A DNA stretch of 64,000 bases from Candidatus Omnitrophota bacterium. GTDB lineage: Bacteria; Omnitrophota; Omnitrophia; Omnitrophales; Aquincolibacteriaceae. The notes beneath the pieces are model-generated. The model was not told the origin of the DNA and ran no database searches. It was given only the letters and a program-made list of their open reading frames with translations. Position 1 is the first letter of the stretch, and every line of letters begins with the position of its first letter. The translations under genes were made by a program, and so were the position numbers. The stretch spans positions 83,471 through 147,470 of the forward strand of contig JAUYMS010000003.1 of assembly GCA_030698625.1 (NCBI GenBank), given 5' to 3'. Below, piece after piece: positions 1 through 13,000 of this stretch.

Positions 1-210
1 TATCCTCAGCTATTAGGCATAGCCGCCTTCGTTGTCGGCTATGCTATGAATGTTTATTTGCCCCTGTTTATGGATGAGTCCGGCAGTGAGGCAGAGGGCC
101 TTATCCCCCTGAGTCTTGCCTTGGCGAAGTTACTCATGATCGGCGGGTTTGCCATGATTATTGCGAGCGGAATTAAGCGGATGCGGAATAAGAAAAAGAA
201 GCAAGGTTGA
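1..210 (+). CDS. 3' end of an upstream gene (partial). It encodes a hydrophobic C-terminus (…GYAMNVYLPLF…LIPLSLALAKLLMIGGFAMIIASGIKRMRNKKKKQG*) of a probable membrane protein.
   Basis: Open frame from the window edge to TGA at 208-210. Hydrophobic helices followed by a basic tail. No homolog recognised. Confidence 0.3.
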   Translation, partial: YPQLLGIAAFVVGYAMNVYLPLFMDESGSEAEGLIPLSLALAKLLMIGGFAMIIASGIKRMRNKKKKQG

Positions 211-217
211 CCGGTTC

Positions 218-703
218 ATGTATGGCAAAATAGGAGCGGTTTCCGCCCGTTTTCTTATAATTGCGCTGATGCTGGGAGCTCCTTTTGTCGCTGCCGAGGA
301 AGGGCCTCAGACAGCATTGGATAAAGCGCTTCAGGCGGCTTGGGATGATCCCGAGCATCAGCTCGAGTACTACAACGTCTTCCTCAATTCCCAGATTCTC
401 ATACCTACCGTAGACAGGCCGGAAACCACAGGGGTTCGTTTAGCCGGCGACGATGAGACCATTTCTCCCGTTATTATCGAGTCCGAAGGGGTTCAGTACC
501 TCATGCTTTTCGACACAGAAGAGAGACTTGCCGATTGGGCACGCCGGCCGATGGGTTTTGCCGGTGTCCCCGGTCATGCCATTGTGAGAACCATGAAGCC
601 GGACTTTTACTGGCTCTTAAATGTAGGAACCGACTACACTAAACGCTTCGTGCCGGAGGAGATTAGCTGGCTAAAAAGTGAGATTGTAGCGCTAGACGAG
701 TAG
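218..703 (+). CDS. SseB-family-like small secreted protein with an N-terminal signal peptide (MYGKIGAVSARFLIIALMLGAPFVAAEEG). The ORF track extends to TTG at 161; ATG at 218 is preferred.
   Basis: Hydrophobic signal-like N-terminus. The core motifs (YYNVFLNSQILIP…VIIESEGVQYLMLFDTEERLADWA) resemble SseB N-terminal domain proteins. Co-oriented with and 200 bp upstream of the giant gene. Confidence 0.45.
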   Translation: MYGKIGAVSARFLIIALMLGAPFVAAEEGPQTALDKALQAAWDDPEHQLEYYNVFLNSQILIPTVDRPETTGVRLAGDDETISPVIIESEGVQYLMLFDTEERLADWARRPMGFAGVPGHAIVRTMKPDFYWLLNVGTDYTKRFVPEEISWLKSEIVALDE

Positions 704-822
704 CGTTTTTCCCCCATTGGCCATCCGGCCGCCGCCTGTCGCAGTTGTCAAAATGACACATATAGCGTGTTATAGCATTTCGCCTCATAGCGTCGCACCA
801 TAAGGTGAAAATCTCCCCAAAT

Positions 823-851
823 TTGTGACCTGAAAAAACTGCGGGTAATCT
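823..851 (+). promoter_or_regulatory. Candidate sigma-70-type promoter for the giant gene: TTGTGA (823-828), 17 nt spacer, TAATCT (846-851).
   Basis: Read directly: hexamers with 17-nt spacing about 55 bp upstream of ATG 906. No other strong candidate in the 200-bp leader. Confidence 0.3.
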
Positions 852-855
852 TTAC

Positions 856-880
856 TAACTTATTATCTCTTAATAAGTTA
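856..880 (+). promoter_or_regulatory. Perfect 10-bp inverted repeat TAACTTATTA-tctct-TAATAAGTTA. Operator-like palindrome overlapping the predicted transcription start of the giant gene.
   Basis: Read directly: 856-865 is the exact reverse complement of 871-880, with a 5-nt spacer. AT-rich, located 26 bp upstream of the start codon and just downstream of the candidate -10. Confidence 0.45.
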
Positions 881-905
881 ACCCAAATACGACAGGATCA
901 AATTG

Positions 906-1025
906 ATGCGGAAAAAGAATTTCAAAAGGGGATTTTGCATCTGGCAAAAACTAACGGCCGCCTTTGTATCGGTCTGCATGATCCTCTTGAGTGTTGTCGA
1001 ATACGTGCCGGCCGCTTATGCCTCG
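906..1025 (+). other. Sec-type signal peptide or signal anchor of the giant protein (MRKKNFKRGFCIWQKLTAAFVSVCMILLSVVEYVPAAYA|ST).
   Basis: Basic n-region, about 20-residue hydrophobic core, A-Y-A motif before a polar stretch. Confidence 0.55.
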
Positions 1026-4000
1026 ACCGCCGCCATCTCCGCAGCCCAACCGAACTTATTTTCACTCCAACTGCCCTCAGCCCTCGGAAACGTAGAAGAG
1101 TCGTTTCGCGGACTCAGTACAAAGACAGTCATTCTCATCCAGGACGCACATGATTCTCTCGAAGCCCAAGAACATATTGCGGAACTCGTCGACCACCTGG
1201 TGGCAGAAAAGGGAATAAAAACCGTTTACGAAGAAGGTTATGAGGGAGAGGTCCCAAGCGATGAGCTTTTTGGTTTTATCGAGGACAAGGATCACCGGGA
1301 AAAGGTGTCCTACTTTTTTATGGATCGCCTAAGAATCGGCGGCGCCGAATATGCCCACATCAACCGTAAAAAAGATTTTCGTCTCATCGGTGCCGACAAT
1401 ATTGACCTGCACATCGAAAACGTATCACGGTATCAGGATCTGTCCAAGACAAAGCGGGAGACGGTTGAAGACCTTCGGGCCCTAATCGGGCAGGTGACAT
1501 CTCTGGCGCACAGGTATTTCCCCCAGCCCCTTAAGGAGTGGATGAAACTCAAGGAGCGCTTTGAAGCGGGGAAGTTGGGCCTTACCGACTATCTCAAGCG
1601 GATGATGGCGCTCAGCGACGGAGTCGAGGAATCCGAAAGCATTACGGTCGGGCCTATTATCACGCTTCTTGTGGCCGCCGAAGCCTCGGGCGACGACAAG
1701 CTCCTGGAGCAGATCCGTGATCTCGATCCCAAAGCGGTATACCGTGAAATCGCCGACCTCGAAGACCGGCTGGCCGGCATCTACGTGGAGACGGACCGCG
1801 ATCGTCATATTTTCCGCTTCTACCGGGACCTGACCCTGCTCGGACGCTTGAGCGACATCGCGGTGACTCAGACCGAGTATGGTGCTGTTCAGAAGGCCCT
1901 GGCACGATTTGATACCCAAGGGTTGGCGGAATTTATCACCAAGAATACCGGGAAGTCGGTCGTGCTTTCGCGGCAGTGGGAGCGTAATATCCGCAATGCG
2001 GTGCGCTTCTACGATGTGGCCCATGCCCGGCACAAGGCCCTGCGCCGCCGCCTTGAAGAATTTAAGTCCGATCCCGAAGAGGAGACTGCCGCGCTCGTCT
2101 TCGGAGGTTTCCACACCGAAGATATTCGTGAGATCCTCAAAGAACTGGATATATCCTTCCACGTTGTTTCACCGCGGATCACCGAGATGAGCGAGCGGCA
2201 TCAGAAATATTACAAGCGCTTGATGTCGGCCGGCTATCATGACTTTGAATTAAACGACAAGGTTCGTAGGGCGTCGCGCGCCGTGACTTACTTTGAGCTC
2301 GATGGCAGCGCCGCAATCATCGCGCGTGCTCATGATTATGTGCGGAGTGAATTGCGGGATTTGCCGCGCGAAATTTTGAATACCAATATTGAAAAGCATT
2401 TGGGCGGCGAGGCGGTCTTACAAGCGGGCGTGAAGCCGGAAGCACAGACGGACGCGGATTTGCTTGGTCCGGCGCCGGGCATCGAGAGCGTTGTCGGTTC
2501 TGAGCGCTCCGAACTTAGGCGTCTGGAGTATGGGGGGACAACGCTGTTATTCACCGCAGCGGCCGGAAGTGCGGCCGCAGGTGCGGTCCTCGCATTCCTC
2601 CTGCCGTGGATGGGGCTGAAGGCTTTGGCCGCTGCAATCGGCCTCGGGGCGGCAATCGCCTTTGCGGGCAGCGCCCGCAGCCGTATCGCCCTTGCGTCCA
2701 AAGTTCGGGCAGCCCTCGGGGAAGTCACCGTCATCGGCAAGGGTTCCTACACCAATGTCATGGGACACGAGTCCCTCACCAACAGCCTTAGGCCTGAAAG
2801 CACAAAACTCTCACGCGGTTGGGTAATCCTGCAGAAACGCGGCGCAAAAGCGCTCAAAGACCTTGAGGAATCCGTCAAAGGACCGCAGAACCGCGATGCC
2901 GAGGAAAAGGCTGTCTATCAAGCGCTGTATAAACGGGGATTGGTTCCGAAGACCGTCTATCTTGGGCTCATGCCGATACGCGACATCAAGATCAAACCCA
3001 CCGACAGAAACATGCGCGGCATTTACGACGATGCCGAAGGTCAGTTCCGTAAGGACCGGAAGGACAAGGACAGCCGGCTGCCGGATCACCGCAGCGCCGA
3101 TATTGTTCGCATTGCCATTCAGGAAGAGGGCCTGCCCCTGCATGAATATTTCAAGCTTGTCACCGCGAAAAAAGGCACGGCCATCACAGCGCTCGTAGAG
3201 TTTACCCAAAAGCTTTGGGGTGAGGGGTTCATCGACCTTGACCTGCGCATTGATAACTACATGGTGAAGCTGAAAAATGGAAAGCCCGTCACGGATGCCG
3301 ATGGCAGCCCGGTCATTCTCCTGCATGACTTCGGGGCCGTTTTTAAACTTCCGCGCTCGAGAGAAGGCATCGAGTCCTTTCTGAAAAGCACGATCAATAA
3401 GTCCGACATCTCAGCCGGATTTTTTCTCCTTAGAAATCTGATCCACGTCAACCGCAGCTTTGAGCAAGCCGGCAAAAAAACTATCAAGGTGTACAGCCCC
3501 ATCGCAGACTCCCATGAGAATGCCATTGCGAAGAAGCTTTTCCCCGGCATGAGCCTCAAGGGCATTGCCGAGATGTATGTGCTGGGCCGCAACGAGGCGA
3601 ATCACGTTTCGACGGGCTTAAAGACCTATCTGTTGGAATTCTTTCAGCGCGACGGGCGAGGAGAAGTGATCGAAGGTCATATCGAGGAACTGGCGCGTCG
3701 TATTTTCTTGGCGCTTACAGAAGCAAGCGGCGATCGTGACGACCGCACCCGCTCGGAATTAAGGGCGGCGGATGCGGGGTGGATGGCAGAGCTTGACGAC
3801 GCGTCGGCGCATCAGCTGGCCGTCGACGTGATGCGCCGCCTGGAGCACGTGAGTCCGGAGACGCCTTACGAAGCCAAGTTAGGGGCGGGCAGTGTCTTTA
3901 AAATGGGCGAACAGAATATTGCGGTCGAATACGGCACAGCCAAAACAGGCGGTTGGTTTAGTAAGGACACCGCGGTGATGCGCATTGGCGCGCTGGTTTT

Positions 4001-7000
4001 TGTTCAGCTGCAGCGCGGATCAGCGCGCTCTCTTACGGCACAGCTAAAAAAGCACATGATAAATCTGGGGGATCTCTATCAACAGAACCGAGGCAACATC
4101 ATTTTCATGCCGCCCGCCGACTACTCACGGCCTTCAGCCCAAGACCCCGTGCACATGATTACGCAGATTGCGGTTGCCGCCATGCTGGCAAGCCGTGAGT
4201 CTTTTCCGGGTGCCGTTGTCACGGATCTGGGCGCCGGAGACGGGTTGCTTTCGCAGATTGCCCTGCGGTTGGGGGCCAAGCGGGTCGTCTTAGTCGACAG
4301 GAAGTACGGACAGCTGAGGAAGGCCGAAAAACTCCTTCGAGGCCAGGGCTATGACCAATTTGAATTACTCGAAGCCGATCTGACCGATACCCGCTTTATC
4401 AAACGCATCCTGGAAGAAAATCTCGACCGGGAATCTACGATTGCGCTCGTGAATATCGGACCGCATAAGCGCCTCTACGGCGACGCGAACCGGATCGTTA
4501 TGGAGCGAATCATGCGGTGGACCGGCTTGGGGTTGATTATCAATGCGGGATACTATGGCTCCGGGTGGATCTTCCCGGAAGCCCACGACGAGGAAATTAA
4601 GTATCTCGAAGAATTGCTTCCGCACCATGGCTTTGAAACGACGGTCTATGAAGACGGTATGGGTTGGCGCCGGGCCCTGACCGCGAAGCGCGGCGCGCAA
4701 CGCTCTGAGTTAAGAGCGGAAGAAGGCAAGGCTGAATTTATCGCGCGTATGGAACAGATCTTTGCCGGCGTGAAGCAGTCGGGAAAAAAGCTCGGCACGG
4801 AAGAGTTCGCAGAGCGCATGGGTTATCCGGGGCGCTGGGTCACGGCAAGAAATCGCGCCAAGCGTCTGGGTTATCCGCCCGCGACCTTGCAGCAATACGT
4901 TGAAACCGGGGCCGGAAAGGGCAGGGCCAGGGAAACCAAACAGGAATTCGCGGCGCGCCTGGAAAAGATTTTTGAATCCGTCAGGAAGTCGGAGAAAAGA
5001 GAAAAGATCTCGCGCAAGCTTTTCATGCGCTTAACGGGTTATACGAATAAGTGGGATGCCTTACTGCAGCGCGCGCGCAAGGCCGGCTACGCGTGGGAAG
5101 CCATCAGTCCCTATGTGGAGGCAGACGAGGCCCCGTCAAAGATTGAATTCTTGAAGCGGCTCCGGGCGATTGCCGACGCGGTGAAGCGCCATAAGAGACG
5201 CGACAAGATTTCGCGTGATTTCTTCATGCGCCTCATGGGCTATCCTGAAAATTGGACTGCGCTTATTCAGCGTGCACGCACAAGCGGCGTTACCCTGGCT
5301 GACATTAGTGAATTTGTTGAGAGTGCCGAAGAAACGGGGGTCGATGACAGAGGCCGCATACGCGAAGAGCAGCTTCGCGATGCCGTCACGACGGCCAAAG
5401 AAGAATTCGGTATAACGGGTCAAAGCATGCAAACCCTGAACCGCGCAAGGCGCGCCGAGTATCTGAACCGCGTTGCCGCACTTGTCGGTTACACGAACCG
5501 AAATAACTTCCTTCACCTTACCGAAAAAATGGGCGTGAATCTCGCGGCATTCGACATTCACCGCCTGGAGCGCCTCGTTCCGTATACGCTGACCGAAAGC
5601 CGCCAGTGGTTGATTGACAATCTGCCGAAGCCGGAGGATACGGAGGGCCGAAGGAAGTGGATCAGCACGATCATGCATCTTACCGGTATGGGGATGCTCG
5701 GCAGGACGGCCGCTTATACCTTGCTGCGCGCTGTAAGCTCGGGAGAATCCGGATTCAGTGAACTCGACAAGCCGGTGGCTGAAGAACTCGAACTGGATCT
5801 CTCGACCGTCTCCTCGTCGCTGCTTGGTAAAGAGCCCGTATCCATGGACCGTTCCCCGAATCTCCTAGACTTTTTTGTCACGGCGGCCAATCGCAAACTC
5901 GAGATCGAGCGGCTCAACCCATCGGCCCGCAGCCGTCAGATTACGATGACCCCGCTGCTCGATAATCATCTCTTTCCGTATCACTTGGAGCAGATGCTCA
6001 CAACACAAAGAACGAGCACAAGGGCAGGGGTGCTGGTCGAAGAAGTGATCGGGGAGTTGGGGAGTGAACTGAATGCGGAGGAGCGTACGTTGCTGCGGGC
6101 CGTTGTGCGGGCCCGTGCCGCGGGCACGCGCTTGCGTTATCAGACACATCGAACCGTTACCGCCGCCAATGAAATCTTGTTTGGGACCCGGGAGACTCTT
6201 GGGAGTACCGGCGTGTATCACAAAGTCAAAGCTGCCGTTGAGAACAGCGAAAAGCTCCGCGCAGCATTTGAGGCTTTGCGGGGTGATCTGGATCTTTCCA
6301 CGGACCGTTTTGACCGCGGCTTTTTCGAGTGGCTTCATACCGGGGGGTATCTCCATGACGCCGAGATTCATGGCATTACGCGGCTTATGGTTTACGACAT
6401 CGAAAACGTACCGTCGCCGCATCTCTTGCCGAAACTATCGCCTGAAAACAAACAAGCCTTTGCCGTCGCCTACTTTAGAAACCATCACTTTCAGCAGATT
6501 GCCGAGAATAGCGCCGCAGTCCTCGATGACCCGGGCCTTCCGGTGCATACGCTCTCAGCCGGGTCTCTGCGGGGATGGATTCAGGGGCGCCGGCCCCGAA
6601 AGATTGTGGGCGGCATTCGCAGGCTCGAAGCCGCTCTGAAACCGGGGAGTCCGGTTCAAGAGGTGCGTGAAAGTTCTACGGAACACGAACGTGAAACAGG
6701 ACAAATACTCGCGGGCGGGGGGCACAATAAGGATCTGTTGAGTTTTATTAACGGCCTGCATATGCGAAGGGCGAAGGTTGTCGCATTCTTTAATTTGGCG
6801 ACAAGGATTTCAGAGTCGGTAACGGGTCCGAAGGCCCTTGAGCTGAAGCATGCCTATCAAACTTTGCTTCTTGGGGTACTCAAGAACCCTGAATTGGAAG
6901 TCGACTCAACGCCTGTCCATCTCATGCTCATGAGCACGATTGTTAACCACCGTCACGACGAGGCGTTTTTAAGAAAATTCTTCGAGACCTTACTCGTGGC

Positions 7001-10000
7001 GGCCCATGGCATGAGCGCGCGAGTTTCGAACAGAGAAGCGGCGAACATGTTGGCCCGGACAATTCAGGGTTCGGCTGTCTATCTTGCGGCCGGCCCCAAG
7101 GGACCGATTACGCGCGAGGGTCTGGTTCACGCCTATCAGCGATCGGCGGCGGAGAAAAAACGTTACCTCAAAGTGCAGACGGTGCGGGACGACGCGGAAT
7201 TTCGTCTCATGGGCAGCTTGGCGGTCCCGGTTGGCTTGCGCCCCGATAATGTTTACTTCTCGAAGCTCTACAATGCGGTCATTGCAAAGGTCTATGCCCC
7301 GGTCCGCGTTATCTCTGACGAAGATGCCGCCGGTCACAAGGTCCGGAACAGATCACCCAAGACGTTGCGGCATGTCCGTGAAAGCCAAAAATTTGATCTC
7401 GCAAAAATTCGCAGTGAAGCCGACGAACACCGCCGGCGCCTGCGGCAGGCAGAGCGGCTCGCCTATGACTTTTGGGGCACCCAAGGCGAGCCGGGGTATT
7501 GGCCGGAAGAGAAGGTGAAGGGCTACATATGGACCCACTACCGAAGGTGGGTTCGCGAGGTCGTGTGGGAAAACGGACGCCGCGACATGGGCAGTCACGA
7601 CGGGGTCGATATGGAGGACCTCATGGATCTCGCGCGGGATTCAGTCGCCTATGTGGGTTACACCTACAATGCGCCGGAAGAATTCACGCTCAATCTCGAC
7701 GACCCGGGCTCCCCCGAGGAGCGTCACGCAATGATCACCGGAGTTGAAGCATTGGTGCAGGAAAAGGATGCGACCCTTAAGGAATTCGAACTCATGGTTA
7801 AGGACAAAGACAAAGATGCGACGGAGCTAAAAAGAGCGGGGTTCGGTTTGAAAAAGGCGGAGCGCGCAAAGGCTTATGTGGAATCAGTGCTGACGCTGCA
7901 TCGGCATTATCTGGAAGGGGATGCCGAAAAGGCAGCTAATGTGTATTTCGACCTCGCCGAGCAGCGTGAGACGATCGAGCGGAATATTATGCGAAGTCTG
8001 TTCACGAGTTATCTCAGGCCGAGTATTTTGCATTACAAGTCACGCCGGGCGGTCAAACAGGCGTTTTTTGAATTGAAGGCCATATCTCTGGATCAGCCGC
8101 TTCCCGACGGTGACGGTGAGCTTATGGACATCGCGATCCCCGTTTTGAGATCGCGGGATGAAGAGGCGGTTATCGTTGATGACCCGAGGCTTGCCTCCTT
8201 CCGCAGCATTGCCATTAAACAGCACTTTGCACAAGTGAGGACATCAGCCTTAAGTGATACGGATCGGGATCAATACATCATGCGGCTTTATTACGGACTC
8301 GAGCCGGCGTATGCGGGTGTTGACCTGACGCAGACAGACATCGCGACTATCGTCGCCTTTCATGGCGGGGCCCTCATTACCGATGAGCGAATCCGGCAGA
8401 TTATCGCCAGGCACGACAAGGATATTTTCCGGAGAGTGGTGCACCTGGCCCAGGCGGATAACCTGAAGTCCTGGGACACCTTTATGCTTCAACTCGGAGT
8501 TAAGGAGCCTGATGACGCTCCGCCGCCGGTTGTGATTCCGATCGAAGAGAACGAGTCTAAGATCTGGCTGGGCTCACACATTTGGATTGCCACATTGGGG
8601 GATCATGCGGGCAAATATCTCTCCTTCAAGATCATCGCCTATGACCGTTACAATCCGCGCTCCGCCGATGCAGGCTACAACAACGTCGAACTGCAAAAGA
8701 GAATCTACCCTTATATGCTCGAGATTGTCGTCAGGGATCCGACAAAGCCGGAAAAGGGCAATGAAAATCTGGTCGCCGTTTTTCACGTGCATGTGATTCA
8801 TCGGCCCACCGGATCCGTACAGCAACTACCCATCATCGCGGTTCGCGGAAAGCCGCATTACTTCCTACGCGTTGATAGCGGTGCGCATGACAGTACACTT
8901 GAGCCGGCGGCCGAGAAGGTCGACCGGGATCAGGGCGAGAGGCCGGAGCCTACGGAAGTTCCCGAAGAGCCCGTTCGGGAGGCCGCGATAGAAGAGCCTG
9001 TCGACCGCTTTAAAGATTGGCACGAGTCGGCGATCCCGCATTTGCAAAGACAGCTGAAGAGCGCGCAGGCGACGTCACTGGGGCACCCCGATTTTGAGGA
9101 ACTGGCACCGGTCGGGGAACACGGAAGAATCTGGGTAGCGTATCAGAAAGGGAACGTCGAACGTAAGGCCTTCTTCCATACCGGTATTGCAGGCGAAGGT
9201 CAGGCATGGGTGGGGCGGCGGTATGATCTGAGTAAGTCTCTTTATGTCTATCGAATCGTGCGCGTCAGCGACACCGGCGAGGCCGAATCCACTCGCTACT
9301 ACAGGCTGGATCTTGACGACCATGGCCAGCCCACCGCGATGGGCTTCCGTGAATTTAAGTACGACGGCAGTGTCTGGGAAAAAGTTTCCATTCCCGGCCC
9401 GTTTTGGCTGAAACAGCGGAGTGAATTGAGATCGGCGTCAAACACCGATGATTTTGATCCCCGATTGATCGATACCTACAGCCGCCTATTTGTCGAAGGC
9501 CTCCTCAATACAGTTGAGTCGGAGGGGTATCCGGAACCTTATCAGGGTGCGGTCAAGGAAGCTCGCTCCCGTCTTAATGCCGTCGATATGCCGAGCCTTG
9601 CGGATGTTCTTCAGCCGGTTGAAGCGGCATTGAAAATTCCGGTCACGCTCGACGGTTTAAGCGGTGCGGCAGACGAAACTAAGGTTTACGAACTAGCGAG
9701 ACTCCAATATAAAGTCCGCGCCCTAAACAAGTTTCGCGTACCTATTCGGGAATTTATCAAGAATCTAATGGAGCGGGCGGAATTTGCGGCAAGGATTCAA
9801 TCGTCGACCGAGGGCCCGGTCCGGATGGGACTCATTCATTTTGAAGAGGAAGGACACAAATCGGGTCAATACAGCAACGGATTGGCAGACATTGTGATTG
9901 ACTGGATGAGCACGTGGGACGCCTCGGTCAACGCGATTGTGTTCAGAAACATACGTTTCGATTACTTCTTCAACATCGTCGGGTTGGCAAACGCACTGCA

Positions 10001-13000
10001 ATCCAAGTTTTTCCCGGATGCCCCTGATCCCGACGCCTTAGTTGTTCTCTTGCGGGAATCCTTGAGAAATGCCGTTGTGTGGGGCAACAAGAGCCGGCCG
10101 GACAATTTAGCGGCAATACGCTGGCGGTTCGAGGGAGAAGAGCTTGTCATCGATGTCATTGACCGGAACCGGGAAGAGATTGATTTCACTAAAAAACCGG
10201 AACCCCCGCGGGGCGTCAAGCCGATCTACTATAGCCCGCGTACGGATCCTGCCTCGGGCGGGTATCCGGGGGACATCAAACCCTTTATCGATCCCGCTTT
10301 CCTGACGGGTGATCGCTACGATTTTCCGATTCTCGATAAATCCGGCCGGCGTCTAGGCCAGGTCCTGCACCTGCGTTACCCCTATCCTCAACGATCCGAG
10401 TTACGGGACGAAGACGATGAAGAAGTACTGGGTTATGTGGCCGATCATGCCGACTTCGATACGACGGGATTTATCACGAGCCGGTTTTCCGGAGGTTCTA
10501 ACGTCGTCGGTTTGGGGGATCTCCACACGAATCTGGCGGTCAAGGCGCAGACGATCGATCTGATACGGTCGGGGGAAATTACGCATCTGGTTATGGAGCT
10601 GAACGGTGAGGATCTGAACAAGGCGCTCAAGAATCGGGAATCATTGCGCGAAGCGATTCGGCGTCATTTTGAAATCCTTGTCATTAATGACGAAGACATC
10701 GAGAGTTTCGTCGACGTGATCCTTGCGGCCCAGACAGCCGGCGTTGAGTTGGTCTTCCCTGATCCTCGCAAGACGAGCCGGCCGGACGATCCGGGCCAGG
10801 AGACGGTCGACATGGAAGCGGCCCTGGCAATCGGGTCTATTGTCAGATCTGATCAGGATGCGAAAGTGCTGGTTCTATTCGGAGCCGAGCATACGCGCCG
10901 CGGTCTGCGCTGGCCGCGCAAGGAAGGCCGGAGCCGCCTTACCCTGGGAGAAAATCTCAAAACCGAAGAGGGTGTGCGCTACTATTCGGTCTATCTTGAA
11001 TCGCCGGACCGCAGGGATACCTCGGATTACACCCTGGTGAGAGGCGATAAATACCGCCAGCAGGGATTCGCCCTTACAAATATGGCGTCCTTCCCGCGGC
11101 AGATGCTGGACAGGGCAGCCGATACCGACTTCTTTCGACCTGAGGAAATCGATGCCTACGTTCAACTGCCTCTCCTTAGTTACGAAGACTACCGGACACT
11201 CGTCGCTGCGGGAGAGGATCTACCCAAATTTGTTTTGCCGGAGTTTACCGAAGACTTGGCGGTCAAAAGCAGTGTCGGCGAAAATGAACCGGAGCGCCGC
11301 CGTGCCATCCGTGAAAAAGCGGCTAGGCTGGTGGCCTTGTTGAGAACACAACCGGACGCCGATTGGCCGATCGAAGAAATGGTTGAGGAGTTTAACGGGT
11401 TCCGTCTTGATGTGAGCGAGTACGCGCCGGAGATCGGAGTCATTTATCTCTGGCTCAGCCCGACCGACTCGTTCACGATATCCGTCCCTACTTATTTCGC
11501 CGTCCCCTCACAAGGGATCGTCGTTCACGCCCCGGAATTCAGCGATGACCGCTATGAGGATGAAATCATTCAACTGCCCATCGAGATCGCGAAACTCCTG
11601 AACGGTAATGAGATTGAGAAAGACTCCAGCGGAATCTTTAGCCCGGCGGGGTCTGATATCTACTGGAAGGAATGGAGACAGCGGCATGCCTATCAATACT
11701 ACCGGACCCTCGTGGGCCCCATTGGGGCGGGTGCGGTGCAGGCGATTCTAGCGCGCGAGAGCGGCAGGAAGTGGAGAGTTGTCGACTTCTTCGCCGGAGA
11801 CGGGAGCTTCTTGCGGTATTTAAGTAAACACTTAGCAACGGTGCAGCCGGACACGGATGTTGATTACGCGATGGTGGAGAAGTTCAGCGAACTCATCGAT
11901 CAAGCGCCGCGTACTTTAGCAGGCACGGCGGTCGAAATTCATCAAGCGGATATTCGACACCTGCAGGACGTTAAAGCGATTATCGGTAAGAAGCCGGTCA
12001 TCGTGACAGCCTTCGGCGGGTTGAATTCCGGAGTCGTCAAGCAGGACGACGCCGAGGCCATTGCGAAAAGAATCTACGCAGCCTTGCCGGCCGGCAGTTA
12101 TCTCGTGCTCGGCGGCTACAGCGCGATGATGGTCAATGCGAAGGAGCTCGCTGCAATGGGCTTCGAGGTGCTCAATACGGGACTGCCGCATTACATGGTG
12201 ACCGAAGACAGAGAAGCTCCCAACCAACTTTATATCCTGCGCAAGCCCTATCCGTGGTATCGCGGCGGATTGTGGCGCTCGGAGTTAAGGAGCGCTTTTG
12301 ACTACGATGCCTACAGGAAGCGTCAAGAAGCCGGTCTTGAGGTAATCCTTGAAGAGATCGATGCCCTGCGCACCGACGGCCGCTGGGAAAAGATGCCGCT
12401 TAGTGCGCGGCTCCAACTGATCGGTGAGCGGGCCGACGTGGTTCCCCTCGACTGGGGCGCTTGGCTTGAGCTCCTCGAAAAAACCGGCATGTGGTTCGGG
12501 CCTGAGCGTGAAAAGATGGAGGACCCCACCGATCAGGTCGAGGCTACGATGACGGGTGACTACCAAATACTTCAGGCGCCCAGCATGCGCCAGCCGCAGC
12601 AAGGCGAAACCTACTCGCGCTATCTGACCTCCTATGGCGCTTGTGACTGTCTTGTGTTGACCCTTTATCATCCGGGTACCAAGGTCGGCATGATTGATCA
12701 TCTGTATCTGGAGCGAAAGAAGAATCCCGCCGAGCGCATCGCCGGTGCGCTAAAGACGATGCATGAGGAGTACGGCATCGATCCGCGCGAAGTCAGGGCC
12801 GAGATTTCCGGCGGTCAGATGGACCTATCGAACTTCAAGGCCATTCAGATTCTCGAAGCGCTCGAAACGCATGAAGTGCCGATCTACTTCTTCCAGGCCC
12901 TGGACTTCCCGCTCGTTATGCTGGACGGCTATTATCCGTATGCCGAGGGTGACGGCCATGTCGCCCTGGATTTAGAAACGGGCCGCCATTACCGGCTGCA

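Noticed and set aside
161-217. TTG start at 161 for the SseB-like ORF
   Set aside because: The first 19 codons overlap the 3' end of the upstream gene (stop at 208-210) and precede the signal-peptide-like segment. ATG at 218 gives a conventional signal peptide.
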